Positions 1 through 11,070 are shown, counted from the stretch's first letter. The stretch is DNA of 64,000 nt from Mobula hypostoma (GCF_963921235.1 NC_086097.1:59770001-59834000); one strand, 5' to 3'. Translations and numbers: made by a program. Notes: generated by a model not told the origin, from the letters alone.

Positions 1-142
1 ACATAGTACCAATGAGTGTAAACAAGGCCAATGAAATGGTTCTCATTTAATATACTAAGAAATCTCCCTGCTTCAGTTCCTTGGACTTTTGACTGCTAAG
101 CCACACGTGACAGTTGTCTGCAGGCAACAATGCAACACATTA

Positions 143-708
143 AACTCAGTGGCCACTTTATTAGATGTACCTCTATGCCTGCTCTTAATACAAATATCTA
201 ATCAGCCAATTATGTGGCAGTAACTTAATGCATAAAAGCATACATATATGGTCAAGAGGATCAATTGTTATTCAGAACAAACATGAGAATAAGGAAGCAA
301 CGTGATCTAGGTGATGCTGACCATTGAATGTTTGTAGGTGCTAGATGGGGTGGTTTGTGTATCTCAGAAACGGCTGATCTCCTGGAATCTTTACACACAA
401 CGGTCTCTAAAGTTAACAGTGAATGGTGTGATTTAAAAAAAATCCTGTGAGCAGCAATTCTGTGGGCAAAAATGCCCTGTTAATGAAATTGGTCAGAAGA
501 GAGTGGTCTAACTGATTCAAGCTGACAGGAAGGTGACAGTAACTCAACTCATTATGTATGACAATAGTAGTGTGCAGAAGAGCATCTCTGAGAGCACAAC
601 ACTTTGAACCCTGAAGTGGATGGGCTACAGTATCAGATGACCTCAAACATACACCCTGTGACCATTTTATTAGGAACAGAGAGTACCTAATAAAGTGGCT
701 AGTAAGTG
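143..708 (+). mobile_element. Internally deleted Tc1/mariner-type DNA transposon
   Basis: Imperfect terminal inverted repeats (ACTCAGTGGCCACTTTATTAG at 144-164 vs CTAATAAAGTGGCTAGTAAGTG at 687-708) flanked by TA at 141-142 and 709-710. The region 485-630 translates to a stop-riddled transposase DNA-binding remnant (LIQADRKVTVTQL...SISESTTL*TLKWMGY). Confidence 0.8.
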
Positions 709-1264
709 TATTTCCCATACTTTCTGAGTAAAGCTGCATTGTAAAATTGAGGGAAACTAGAAAAACATTGAATTAAAGTTAAAATATGGACCAGGAATTT
801 ATTTTCATTGTCACTGTTGAATTATTCTCATTGTAATCTATGGTTTTCTAGCTCTGTGGTTCTGCAGAGATCTGTAGACATTCTTTCTAATATTGTGTAG
901 ACAACAGTTGGGGAAGTGTTGCTGAATAGAAGTTTGCCTTGCAAGAAGCCAGAACCATAACTGGTCCTTCACTCTTAAGGCTGTCTAATGCTTAGACCAT
1001 GCCTGTGAAGGTGGCAAAGCAGATTTGAGACTTTGGAGATATGAGAAGCAAAGACTGATTATATTAGGTATGCTGTAAAGTCCTGATGCCTTTTCTTATT
1101 TTATACCTTGAACTCCTCTTAGTATGTAATTGCCACATGTATCCCAGAAGGTGATACATCCCAACAGATGATAAAATAAAATAATCGGCATATATTCCCA
1201 GTGTTAATGTGAAATAAAACAGAGCTGAATTGCAAAATCTTCTGAGGAATAATCGGCAGGGATG

Positions 1265-1570
1265 ATGGTAACAGCAATGGTTATTGCTGTTACCTCAGAA
1301 ATCCAGGTTCGATCCTGCCCACGATTGTTTTCATGTGAAATTTATATATTCTCCCTGTGACTAGATAGAATTCTTTCCACGTGCCAAAGATGTACTAGTT
1401 GCTAGGGTCATCGGCTGTTATACATTGTATCTAATGTGGGTAGATGGCAGGAAATCTAGTGATGCAGAGGAGTTGATGGGAATGTGGGGAGAAAGTTGGG
1501 ATTTGTTTAGGTGGGATGTGTAATTGGTGGGGCTGCGATGAGCTGAAGAGCTTGCATTTGTTTTCTATGA
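1265..1570 (+). mobile_element. Decayed tRNA-derived SINE (HE1/V-SINE-like)
   Basis: B-box GGTTCGATCC at 1306-1315 followed by a V-domain-like tract (TTCTCCCTGTGACT...TTCCAC...CCAAAGATGTAC...GCTAGG). Heavily diverged. Confidence 0.6.
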
Positions 1571-1970
1571 ATCACACATACCTAAAAGGGAGTGGCAAGG
1601 GGTGTGCTTGCTGGTTATTGGGGTGATGAAAGACACCGTGATTTACATTTGAAGTAGATATTCTTCCTCATCATTCCCGTGTTTGATTTTGAAGATTCAT
1701 GCTGAGAATGGAATCTTTGGCACAATCAATTTGTGAAAAAGGAGCAAACTCTCTGCCAGATGAACTCTGCCAGAGAGAAACAAATTCTTGATGGTTCAGA
1801 TTGAAACCTCTGCATTAGGACTGAGTTAGCAGATTGCTTATTGCTCCATGTTCCAGCATTAGCAATCTTTTTGTCATGGTCCAGGCCGTCCCTCCCGTTT
1901 GTTCCTCACGTTCTCCTAATTCCCCTTTCCCTGTGTTTCTCCTGCTCTCCTGTCTATCTCTCTCTCTGTT

Positions 1971-1979
1971 TGTGTGTGA

Positions 1980-2023
<44 letters not shown>

Positions 2024-2133
2024 CTGTGTGTGTGTGTGTTTTTGTGTGTATGTGTGTGTGTGTGTGTTTCTGTGTGTGTGTGTGTGTGTTTCTGTGTGTG
2101 TATATGTGTGTGTGTGCGTGTGTGTGTGTGCGC

Positions 2134-2167
<34 letters not shown>

Positions 2168-2184
2168 CTGTGTGTGTGTGTGTG

Positions 2185-2222
<38 letters not shown>
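1971..2222. repeat. Imperfect (TG)n microsatellite inside the 5' LTR
   Basis: About 250 bp of TG dinucleotides with TTTC, TA and CG interruptions. Confidence 0.98.
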
Positions 2223-2224
<2 letters not shown>

Positions 2225-2569
2225 CACGGTTGGTGCAGCGTTCCTTTTGTTCTCCCGGGCTTCCTGATTGCGACGCACCTGAATCTCATCTAACCTGCAG
2301 CATAAGTACCCTGGCTTTCCATCCACTCGTCACCAGATCGTTGCTTCAGCCAGTGTGGCTGTTCACATTCTAGGCTACTTAGAATTATGTATTCTAAGTT
2401 TCATTTCTGCGCTGTTGTTTGCCTGTGTTAACTCTGTCTCTCTGTGTTAACAGGAGCATTGCATGCCGCCTGCCTTCCCGTTCATCCTCCTGCCTGTCGT
2501 TCTCCTCCAGCCACGCTCACAACCTGGTCTGCATCCCTGCTCTGCCTCGTCCCACTACCCACCCACACT

Positions 2570-2640
2570 CTCTGCTGGCTTAGCGGTTAAATGCCGCACT
2601 CTCACCGCAGCAATCTAGGTTCGATCCCCAGTCAAGCTTC
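2570..2640 (+). ncRNA. tRNA-Glu(CTC)-like pseudo-tRNA / Pol III cassette in the 5' LTR
   Basis: A-box-like TGGCTTAGCGG, anticodon loop CTCTCAC and B-box GGTTCGATCCC. The acceptor stem does not pair. Confidence 0.7.
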
Positions 2641-2774
2641 GCTCTTTCTCCTCTGCTTTCCTCGGCCTAATCCTCACTCCCCTGCCTTCCCTGTAACCAT
2701 TAATACACACTCTTCAGATTACTCTACCTCCATGTCAGTGTCCTGCGTTTGGGTTCACCCGTTCCTCGCAACAG

Positions 2775-2784
2775 AACGATCTGG
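2775..2784 (+). promoter_or_regulatory. Self-priming primer binding site
   Basis: AACGATCTGG just 3' of the 5' LTR is the exact reverse complement of CCAGATCGTT at 2333-2342 inside the LTR. Confidence 0.85.
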
Positions 2785-2789
2785 CCACC

Positions 2790-3790
2790 ATGGACCCAGC
2801 AGACACAAACACCATCCAACAAGCCCTCGCCAGTCAGGGTTCCCTACTGGGACAGCACAACCAACACCTCCGGGAGGTCATGGAGAACCTTCGTTCCCTG
2901 TCTGCTCACGTCACACAGATCGGTAACCAGGTGGACCATGTCTCCACTCATATCACTCAACCCACACCTGGAACCCAGCCTAGCCAGCCCAGACAGCCTG
3001 TAGCGGTAATCCCCCAAGCTTCACCAACACCCCTGCCCAGAGACCCTAACGTACCAGAGCCGGAGCACTACGCTGGAGATCTGGGGAAGTTCCGGGGTTT
3101 CCTCCTTCAATGCTCCCTGGTGTTTGAGCAACAGCCGTTGACCTACTCCACAGATAAGTCTAAAGTTGCTTATGTCATTGGGTTTCTGAGGGGAAACGCA
3201 TCAACGTGGGCCACAGCACTTTGGGACAACCAACCTGATATCTGCTCCTCTCTCGCCAGTTTCATTGCGGAGATGAGAATAGTCTTTGATCACCTAGTCC
3301 GGGGTAAAGACGCCGCTAAGTGCCTACTCACTCTCTGCCAGGCCTCCCTCAGTGTCACTGAATATTCAGTGGAGTTCCTGACATTGGCAGCCGACTCGGG
3401 GTGGGACGATGAGTTGCTCCGGGGGGATTTCTGGGTGGACTTAGCGACCTGGTGAAGCATGAGCTGGCGGCAAGAGACGATTCCGACAGCCTGGATTCCC
3501 TGATCTCCCTGTACACCAGGTTGGACAATCGCCTCTGGGAGCACCGTAGAGAGAGAACTGGTTGTCAACCATCTTTGGCCACTTCTCGGCTCTCTTTACC
3601 GTCTCTCGCCAGAACAGGCCTCTCTCCCACTTCTGCACCCCGAGTAGATCCCAGCCCTGCCGATTCGACTGCCCCGGGAGAGGAACCCATGCAGTTGGGG
3701 CGGGCCCACCTTTCTCCCGCTGAATGACGCTGGAGAATAAGAGCGGGCGAGTGACTATATTGTGGTCAGTCCGGACACTTCATTGCCACG
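2790..3790 (+). pseudogene. gag: gag of sushi-type element (frameshifted)
   Basis: MDPAD start, coiled coil, capsid motifs (PEHYAGD...GFLLQC...KVAYVIGFLRGNASTWA), EEPMQLG, and a broken zinc knuckle (*LYCGQSGHFIAT). Frameshift near 3430-3450. Confidence 0.92.
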
Positions 3791-4052
3791 TTGACTGGCC
3801 CACCGGGAAGGTAGTCAGCTGGAGCTCGTTCTGCCATTCCTCTTGCCTGCAATCAGCCCTTCCCCCTGTGGAGGTCACTGCGACCTGGTCCGCCTATGAC
3901 CCCTGACTTGTTCACTGTTCTCGTAGAATATCATGATCTTGGAGATATGTTTAGTAAGCAACGGGCCCTTTCTCTGCCTCCACATCACGATTGACCTTCT
4001 CCCCGGAGCCTCATTACCCACCAGTCGGCTGTATAGCCTGTCCCGTCCAGAA
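3791..4052 (+). pseudogene. pol: pol remnant (protease C-terminus to pre-RT linker)
   Basis: DWPTGKVVSWSSFCHSSCL, EYHDLGDMFSKQRALSLPPH and IDLLPGASLPTSRLYSLSRPE are typical of the region just before Gypsy RT. The protease active site is deleted. Confidence 0.85.
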
Positions 4053-6364
4053 AGCATACAAGCAAAGTCCAAAGATAAAGCACAAGGTGGTGAGAACTGA
4101 TCTGAAAAGGGTAATTTTGAAACAATTCAGTTGTATTCTAAGGATAAAATGCCAGATCTGTTTTGTAATGAGAAATTAGAAGAAAAAGAGATCAAGTTGC
4201 CAGTTGCTTTATCCAAGCCTAAAACAGATCTTGAAGATGAACAAAGCAAAGACAAGAGTAATAAGCTGAAAAATGTGGCAGAGTATGTGGAGGAGGTGGA
4301 AATTACCAAAAGTAACGAAATGCAAGAGAGTCATAAAGTGGAGTATGATCATTCAGGATCCAAAGCTGACCTGCATACAGATATCAAATGTAACGTTCCA
4401 TTATATTGGCTCGTGTATGTCTGGGGGAAATCCCGCCCAACACCCGCTTCAACACTCCGCTCAGGGTCAGTCGCCGCCCGAATCAATCACAAACATCAAT
4501 CATCAGCCAGCACACCCAGTAAATTTTTAACAAATACACTTTATAGATATTACTAATTCTATGACATTAATATACATTTGATACAGAGAGGAAAGTAATG
4601 GGAAAAAAAAGGCGCCAACACTTATCAAAGTCCAAGTTCTTCGCGCGCTACGTTGGAGCTCAATTCGACTTCAGACGACCACCCGAATTCCGTCAACTCA
4701 CAGCTCGGGACCACCCTGAGTGATCGACCGGAGCCTCTCCGCACGTCCGCCGTCCTCCTCGTCTCTCCTCTGACTCCCCGCCAAAACCCAGTCCACAGTC
4801 ATATCATACAGCATGGCATCGGAAAACAAAACGATACATAACCACCCATTGGCTAATAGAACCTTGTTATCATCATTTTAAAGTAAAACGAACTGTTAGC
4901 GCAAACTCTCTGCAGCATTAAAACACAACAAAGCCGCATTGCCCAGATTAACATAACAAAATCGCCATTTTAAATGTAACAAAAGAAAGACCCCGTACAC
5001 AAAAATGAAGAAATTGTAGAAGGGAAAAAAGATATTGTACATTTTGAGTTAAGGGAATGGCATTTAGGAGAAGATGAAACAAATAGTACAGGAGAAAATT
5101 CTGAAAATACATTCTCAATGTCAAGTGAAAAATTTGAAAATGATCTGTCTAATAATGAAGGAACTGATATAGAAAATTCCCAGTTGCATTTAAAAAAAAG
5201 CAGACTGGATACTAAGGAAATTGCACGCGCTTCTCCAGGAAACGGTGCAAATTCAAAATTTGATAAAAATCTGAAGACAAATTAGAGGAGAAAACTGAAA
5301 CCTTTGAAACTGAAAGAGGCAAAGCTGAGCCGAGGGAGAATTTAAATTTGGGAGAGAAAGAGCTTGAAACTGAGCAAGATGAGACTGGAAGATGTTTAAT
5401 ATCTCTTCTGGTTGAAGAACAAACTGAAGAGCCAGCTCATGAACAGTTAGCAAAATCAAATGAGATAAATATTCATCTAAACTTGGAACAACATGGATCT
5501 TTACATATCCCTTATGTGGCAGCTTCTCCTGGTGATCCAACTACAAAAGATTCGAATCTTTTTCATCCAATTGTTGCTAAAGCACAGTTTGTTCATTATG
5601 ATCCTTCTTCACCAGCTACTCCAACACTTGATGAAAATTTTAGCTACGAGGCACCTTCTAGTATTTCAGACTCCAGTGTGCCTTCTGTGGAAGGTCCTGG
5701 AAAGCAAAAGGCTCACAGTTCAGAAAATGTTGCCAAGGAATCGTGTGCTAAAAATCAAGCTGAAGAAATGGACGTCAAATGCGAGCCACCAAAAGTGGAG
5801 TTGCAAGAGTTGCCAGTTCAGCAGGATATTGTGTCAGAAATAAACACAGGTGCCATAGATGAACTGAAAGATGAAGATCTGACTGGGGAATCTGTCACAG
5901 GTGCTGGAGAGCAAAGTTCCACCAAAAACGAAAGAAAGCCCAAGCTCCAGTAGAAAATCCTCCTAAAAGGAGACATCTTCATTCAGAGGAGAAATCCGCT
6001 GTAGTGGATGAACCCGTTGAAGCCATACCAGTTCAAGCACAAGAGGAAGAAAGTCCAACACAAACACGACAAAAGACGACAAATGTTGAAGATAAAGCAA
6101 GAAACCAGACCAGTGATGCAAGTAACCAGAATAAACCAATCACTCGTGCAGCTAAGAAAGTAAGCAGTTCTGAGCATTTGTCTGTAACTGAGTAAGAAAA
6201 GTGTTCACTGACTTCCACAAAAGAGAAACCAACAACTGATTTAAAGTCGGGAAAATCTCCAGCACCAGTATCAGTTACAAGATCAAGAAATCAACAATCT
6301 CCTGTGATTAAACAAGGGCGTAAAAGAGAAGCAAGTCCAGAACGCAAAAGACGACAACATAAAA
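4053..6364 (+). pseudogene. BOD1L1: Captured intronless cellular coding fragment, acidic and disordered, BOD1L1-like C-terminal region (identity tentative)
   Basis: Long E/K/S-rich frames (ORFs 4131, 5348, 6004, 6304) broken by a few stops/frameshifts and one insertion, with no TE motifs. The motif order KPITRA...KSP...RKREASP...QHK recalls the vertebrate BOD1L1 C-terminus from memory. Capture is well supported; the gene name is not verified. Confidence 0.5.
4389..4999 (-). mobile_element. Solo LTR inserted in the captured fragment
   Basis: TG...CA termini and a 4-bp TSD CAAA (4385-4388, 5000-5003). Removing it rejoins the frame DIK|NEEIVEG. Orientation is inferred from a CCAAT motif on the minus strand. 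Confidence 0.85.
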
Positions 6365-6688
6365 CTCAAACTACCCAGATCCATGCACATTCATCCGACG
6401 TTCCATGCCTCCCAACTGAAACTTGTGTCTGTCAGCTCTTTGTGCCTTCCTGCCAAACCCCTTCCACCCGTCCGGATTGTCGACAATCACCCAGCTTACA
6501 CCGTCCGGCGAATACTGGATGTGAACTGCCGAGGCAGGGTTTTCCAGTACCTCGTCGATTGGGAGGGATACTGTCCTGAAGAGCACACCTGGATCCCCCG
6601 CTCCTTCATCTTAGACCCCTCCCTCATCCAAAACTTCCATTGCGACAATCTGGGCAAGCCTGGTGGTTCGCCTGGAGGATCCCGTTGA
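6365..6688 (+). pseudogene. Integrase C-terminus with chromodomain
   Basis: [19 protein letters not shown] (end of the GPY/F module), then YTVRRILD...[18 protein letters not shown]. Confidence 0.95.
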
Positions 6689-6696
6689 GGGGGGTA
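6687..6696 (+). promoter_or_regulatory. Polypurine tract
   Basis: GAGGGGGGTA immediately before the 3' LTR. Confidence 0.9.
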
Positions 6697-6697
6697 T

Positions 6698-6809
6698 TGT
6701 CACGGTCCCGGCCGTCCCTCCCGTTTATTCCTCATGTTCTCCTAATACCCTTTTCCCTCTGTTTCTCCTGCTCTCCTGTCTGTCTGCTTCTCTCTGTTTG
6801 ATTGTGTGT

Positions 6810-6843
<34 letters not shown>

Positions 6844-7393
6844 CGGCATGGTGGACGTGGCGTTCCTTTTGTTCTCCCGAGCTTCTTGATTGCAGCTCAC
6901 CTGAATCTCATCTGATCTGCAGCATAGGTACCCCGGCGTTCCATCCACTCATCGCCAGATCATTGCTTCAACCAGTGTGGTTTTTCACATTCTAGGCCAC
7001 TTAGAATTGTGTACTCTAAGTTTTGTTTCCGCGCTGTTGTTTGCCTGTGTTAACTCTGTCTCTCTGTGTTAACAGGAGCATTGCATTCCGCCTGCCTTCT
7101 CGTTCATCCTCCTGCCTGTCGTTCTCCTCCAGCCACGCTCACACCCTGGTCTGCATCCCTGCTCTGCCTCGTCCTGCCACCGTCTTACACTCTCCACTGG
7201 CTCAGTGGTTAAACGCAGCGCTCTCACCGCAGCGACTCGGGTTCGATCCCCGGTCAAGCCTCCATCACTCCTTGGCTTTCCTCTGCCTAATCCTCACTCC
7301 CCTGCCTTCCCTGCAACCATTAATAACCACTCTTCAGATTAATCTATCTCCATGTCAGTGTCCTGCATTAGGGTTCACCCGTTCCTCACAACA
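6698..7393 (+). repeat. 3' LTR
   Basis: Starts TGTCACGG, ends ACAACA and is followed by the TSD; short (TG)n at about 6803-6843. Confidence 0.95.
7191..7260 (+). ncRNA. tRNA-Glu(CTC)-like pseudo-tRNA / Pol III cassette in the 3' LTR
   Basis: TGGCTCAGTGG A-box, anticodon arm GCG-CTCTCAC-CGC and T-arm TCGGG-TTCGATC-CCCGG. Confidence 0.75.
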
Positions 7394-7559
7394 CTTTTGT
7401 CCTGAGATAAAGGAACACCATCAGTGAGTAATATAATTCGACAACTGGATAAAGTGGTTAATATGAAATTCATGGAAGAAAATGGTTTCTTCTGCCTTGG
7501 ATTATATCATGAAAGCTTTGGTACTAATTTTGGGTTCATATGCGAAAAAGCCACCACAC

Positions 7560-8550
7560 ACAAGATCACAAGACAAAGGAGCAGAAATAGACCATTCGGC
7601 CCATCGAGTCTGCTCTGCCACTCAACCATGAGCTAAACTATTCTCCCATCTAGTTCCAATTTCTGGCTTTTTCCCCATATTCCTTGATACCCTGACTAAT
7701 TAGATACCTGTCAATCTCCTCCTTAAACACCCTCAATGATCGGGTTTCCACAGCTGTATGTGGCAACGAATTCCATAAATCCACGACCCTCTGGCAAAAA
7801 AAAATTCTCCTCATCTCTGTTTTAAATGGGTACCTTGTAATTCTAAGACTGTAGCCTCTTGTCTGGACTCACCCACCAGGGGAAACAGCCTTTCCACATC
7901 TACTCTGTCCATCCCTTTCAACATTCAAAATGTTTCTATGAGATCCCTTCTCATTCTTCTTCTATACTCTAATGAATACTGTCCAAGAGCCTAAATAATA
8001 ATCTAAATTATAATCTAAATAGTCTAAATAATAATCTGCCAGATTATTTTTTCTTCCAAAATGTACAACCGTACATTTCTCAACATTGTATCTCATCTGC
8101 CATTTCTTTGCCCGCTCTCCTAAACTGACCAAGTCTCTCTGCAACCTTTCCATTTCTTCAACACTTCCTGCTCCTCCGCCTGTCTTGGTGTCATCTGCAA
8201 ACTTAGCCACAAAATCGTTTAATCCATATTCTAAATCATCAATATACAATGTAAAAAGAAGCAGCCCCAACACTGATCCCTGCGGAACACCACTAGTAAC
8301 CGGCAACCAATTAGAATAGCAACTTTGATGTGTGTTGCTTGAATTTCCAGCATCTGCAGAATTCCTGTTGTTTACCAATTAGAATAGGATCCCTTTATTC
8401 CCACCCCTTGCTTTCTGCCTATCGGTCAATGCTCCACCCATTCCAACATCTTTCCTGTAATTCCATGGGCTCTCATCTTATTAAGCAGCCTCTTATGTGG
8501 CCCCTTATTGAAGGCCTTTTGAAAATCCAAATATACAACATCCACAGCCT
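7560..8550 (-). mobile_element. CR1 LINE 3' fragment (RT remnant and tail)
   Basis: SGVPQGSVLG...KFADDTK in ORF 7962-8378; CR1-type 3' UTR and short repeat tail at the left end; internal deletion near 7990-8040. Confidence 0.92.
8320..8373 (+). mobile_element. 54-bp Penelope-like terminal fragment inserted in CR1
   Basis: Matches the PLE terminus seen at 25453-25510; flanked by the duplication ACCAATTAGAATAG (8306-8319, 8374-8387). Confidence 0.8.
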
Positions 8551-9669
8551 TTCATGAGGATTAATTCACAAAGAAAAGCTTCATCAAAATGCTGTTTTCA
8601 GATAAGTCTTAGAGCTGAAAATTAACTCTGATTCTCTTTACACAGATGCCTACTGACCTGCTGAATGTTTCTAAATTTTAAGTCAATTTGATTTTTATTG
8701 TGTTTGTATCTTGACCTGTTGTGATACTGTGTTTTGTGTTGATAATTTCTCTTTCCACTTTTTTGAGAAAATGGCAGTTTGAATGGGCATATCAAGGGAT
8801 AGTAAATGAATTCCTTCATGAAGTAGTGGGATTCTAGTAAGAACAACTAAAAGATTTTTTAGAGTGACCTCCATTGCCCAGCTTTGCCAGGAGAGGAGTT
8901 GGATCTAATTGTCTTTTGCTGGATTAAATGGAAGATGGCCTATTTTCTAAATACTCAGGACCTGCTGATTTTCTTTTGTCAAACACAGGAAAGCTCTGCT
9001 GGGTGTGTGATAACAATGAAGCTGGTTCTCTTCAGTGAAGGAGCACTCTTCGTTACAAACACTTCTGAATAACAAATACTCAGGAGTTCTTCCTGAATCC
9101 TGTGGCCAATGTCACTGGAGTACTACTATTCGACTGCTGAATTATTTATTTTAACACAATGAAATGAAATCAAATTATATTATATTATAGCAAAGAGGGA
9201 ATTTCTACACCAGCTTGTGAAGTTTTGATTCTCAGGAAGACAAAAAATGCCTTTTTAATCAAATTAAAATCATGAGCTTTACTACCTTGACTGAACTTTG
9301 TAACACTACACACTTTAAATCTAGGTATTAATTTTGAGTGCACTTTTCTTTTATTGTTTTTGTTGTTTCATGTATTGCTTTGTCTGCCTGGAGCTTAATA
9401 AAGAGCTGAAAGCCAGCGGGCTTTTCATGTTGAAAGACAATATAAAAAAACTATGGGACATATTGTTATCGCTCTCCACTGAGCCAGGGCAATGAAACAG
9501 GCTGGTATCAAACTGAAGGAGAAAATACAGAATATGTTGCACACACCCAAATTAATAACCTGCCCTAGTCTGAATGAAACTGTATGGCCAAGTCAGAACA
9601 CAACAAGAATTGTGTATTTTATTTTGAAAATTAGTTTGATATAATATAGAAATAAAGCAGAGAGCAAAG

Positions 9670-11070
9670 TTAAAGTTCAATGTAAATTTATTATCAAAGT
9701 CCATACTATATATGTCCCATAGTACTTGAGATTTATTTTCTGGCAGACATTCATAGTAGAACAAAGAAATACAATGGTATCAATGAAAAACTATACACAA
9801 ATAAAGACTGACAAACAACCGAGAAGATAACCTGTACAAAACCAATAAATTAATAAATGCTGTGAACATAGTTGGGTTTTCCTGTTCGCCGATCTTGGTA
9901 CCTTACCTTCAAGTGTTTTGTCACCATGTGAGGAGATATCATCAGTGAGCTGTTGATTGTAGTGTGACCTCCAAACGCTCAGCGGATTGGACATCATTCC
10001 GGAATCTCAATTGTGATGTGCAGGGGAAATCTCATTGCTGATTGGCTGTGTGGCAAACTTTGTGCATCGTGGTCTAGAATTTTGCCCACGCTGGCTCATA
10101 AATAGGATTGAAGTCTACATGTTGGTTTACAGAACTGTTCATGGAAAACAATGCTTCTAGGAATTCTTGCTTTCACTGATACCCAGTTGAATTTGCGCCT
10201 CTCTCAATCTTCATGGGTAGAGTCTTGCGACTGGTAGTTGATGTTCATGGATCCTTCTGGAGAGTTTTCTCACAGTTTTTCTAATATGATAGTTGCTGCA
10301 GTCCCAGCATTGGATTTTGTAGATTACATTGGTCTCGTCCAATAGCTTGGTTTGGTCTTTTGTTCTGCAAATTACTTTTCTTAAATTTTCTGTTGGCTTG
10401 TGCAAAACTGAAATTCTATGCTCTTGGAATAATCAAGCCATCCTTTCCGGGGTATTTTGAATGTATGGAATAACAACCTGTTTCGTCTCTTCTTGGCTGG
10501 TATGTTTTCGACCTTGTTGGCATCTTTGTATGAAGTTCTGCAGGAATCTATTTCATGTGAATACCTTAAAGAAATGTTTCTCCTCTTTATCCTTTAATTC
10601 CTCCATGCTGCAGGGTGTCTCTGCTCTTCAGAACAAAGTTTTGAAACCACTCTTCTGGTGTGCATTTGGGTGGTTGCTGTGATAATTTAAGATCTTATCT
10701 GTATGCGTTCTTTTAATGTAAACTAAAGTTTCCAAAGAGCCATCTGTGTTTCTACTGACAAACACGTATTCATCTTCTGAATTATTTACAATTGAGAACA
10801 TAAGCTGTAGAGTCCTTGAAAGTGAGTCCATCGGTTCAGGTGAGTGAACCTATCCACACTGGTTCACTATCCTAATGGTTGAAGGGTAATGACTGTTTCT
10901 GAACCTAGTGGTGTGGGACCCAAGTCTCCTATACCTCCTTCCCGAGGCAGCAGCAAGAAGAGTGCATGGCCTAGATGTTTGACACCTTTGATGATGGATG
11001 GTGCTTTCTTGTGACAGTGATGAATGGTGGGGAACTCTTTGCCTATGATGGAATGAGCTGTATCCACTAC
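9670..11070 (-). mobile_element. Rex1/Babar-type LINE 3' end, split by a PLE
   Basis: CHKKAPSIIK...HLGHALFLLLP motif (ORF 10867-11067). The 3' UTR at 9670-9870 resembles 18650-18815. Confidence 0.7.
9872..10762 (-). mobile_element. Penelope-like element, family 2 (RT thumb and GIY-YIG remnant)
   Basis: VYIKRTHTDKILNYHSNHP and TNVIYKIQCWDCSNYHIRKTVRKLSRRIHEH; degenerate hammerhead core at 9910-9950. Confidence 0.85.

Larger units (their letters stand above)
1872..2773 (+). repeat. 5' LTR
   Basis: Starts TGTCATGG and ends GCAACA; colinear with 6698-7393. Confidence 0.95.
1872..7393 (+). mobile_element. Non-autonomous chromoviral Ty3/Gypsy (Tf1/sushi-type) LTR retrotransposon carrying captured host sequence
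   Basis: Two TG...CA direct repeats, 5-bp TSD CTTTT (1867-1871 and 7394-7398), gag, partial pol, a chromodomain and a polypurine tract. Confidence 0.97.

Noticed and set aside
1834..2373. Five overlapping ORFs with CV/HT repeats
   Set aside because: Translation artefacts of the (TG)n microsatellite.
2570..2640. Functional tRNA-Glu gene
   Set aside because: The acceptor stem does not pair, there is no oligo-T terminator, and it lies within an LTR; kept only as a tRNA-like cassette.
7993..8040. Short tandem repeats translating as DYYLDYLDYNLDYYL
   Set aside because: Local slippage at a deletion junction inside CR1, not a coding repeat.
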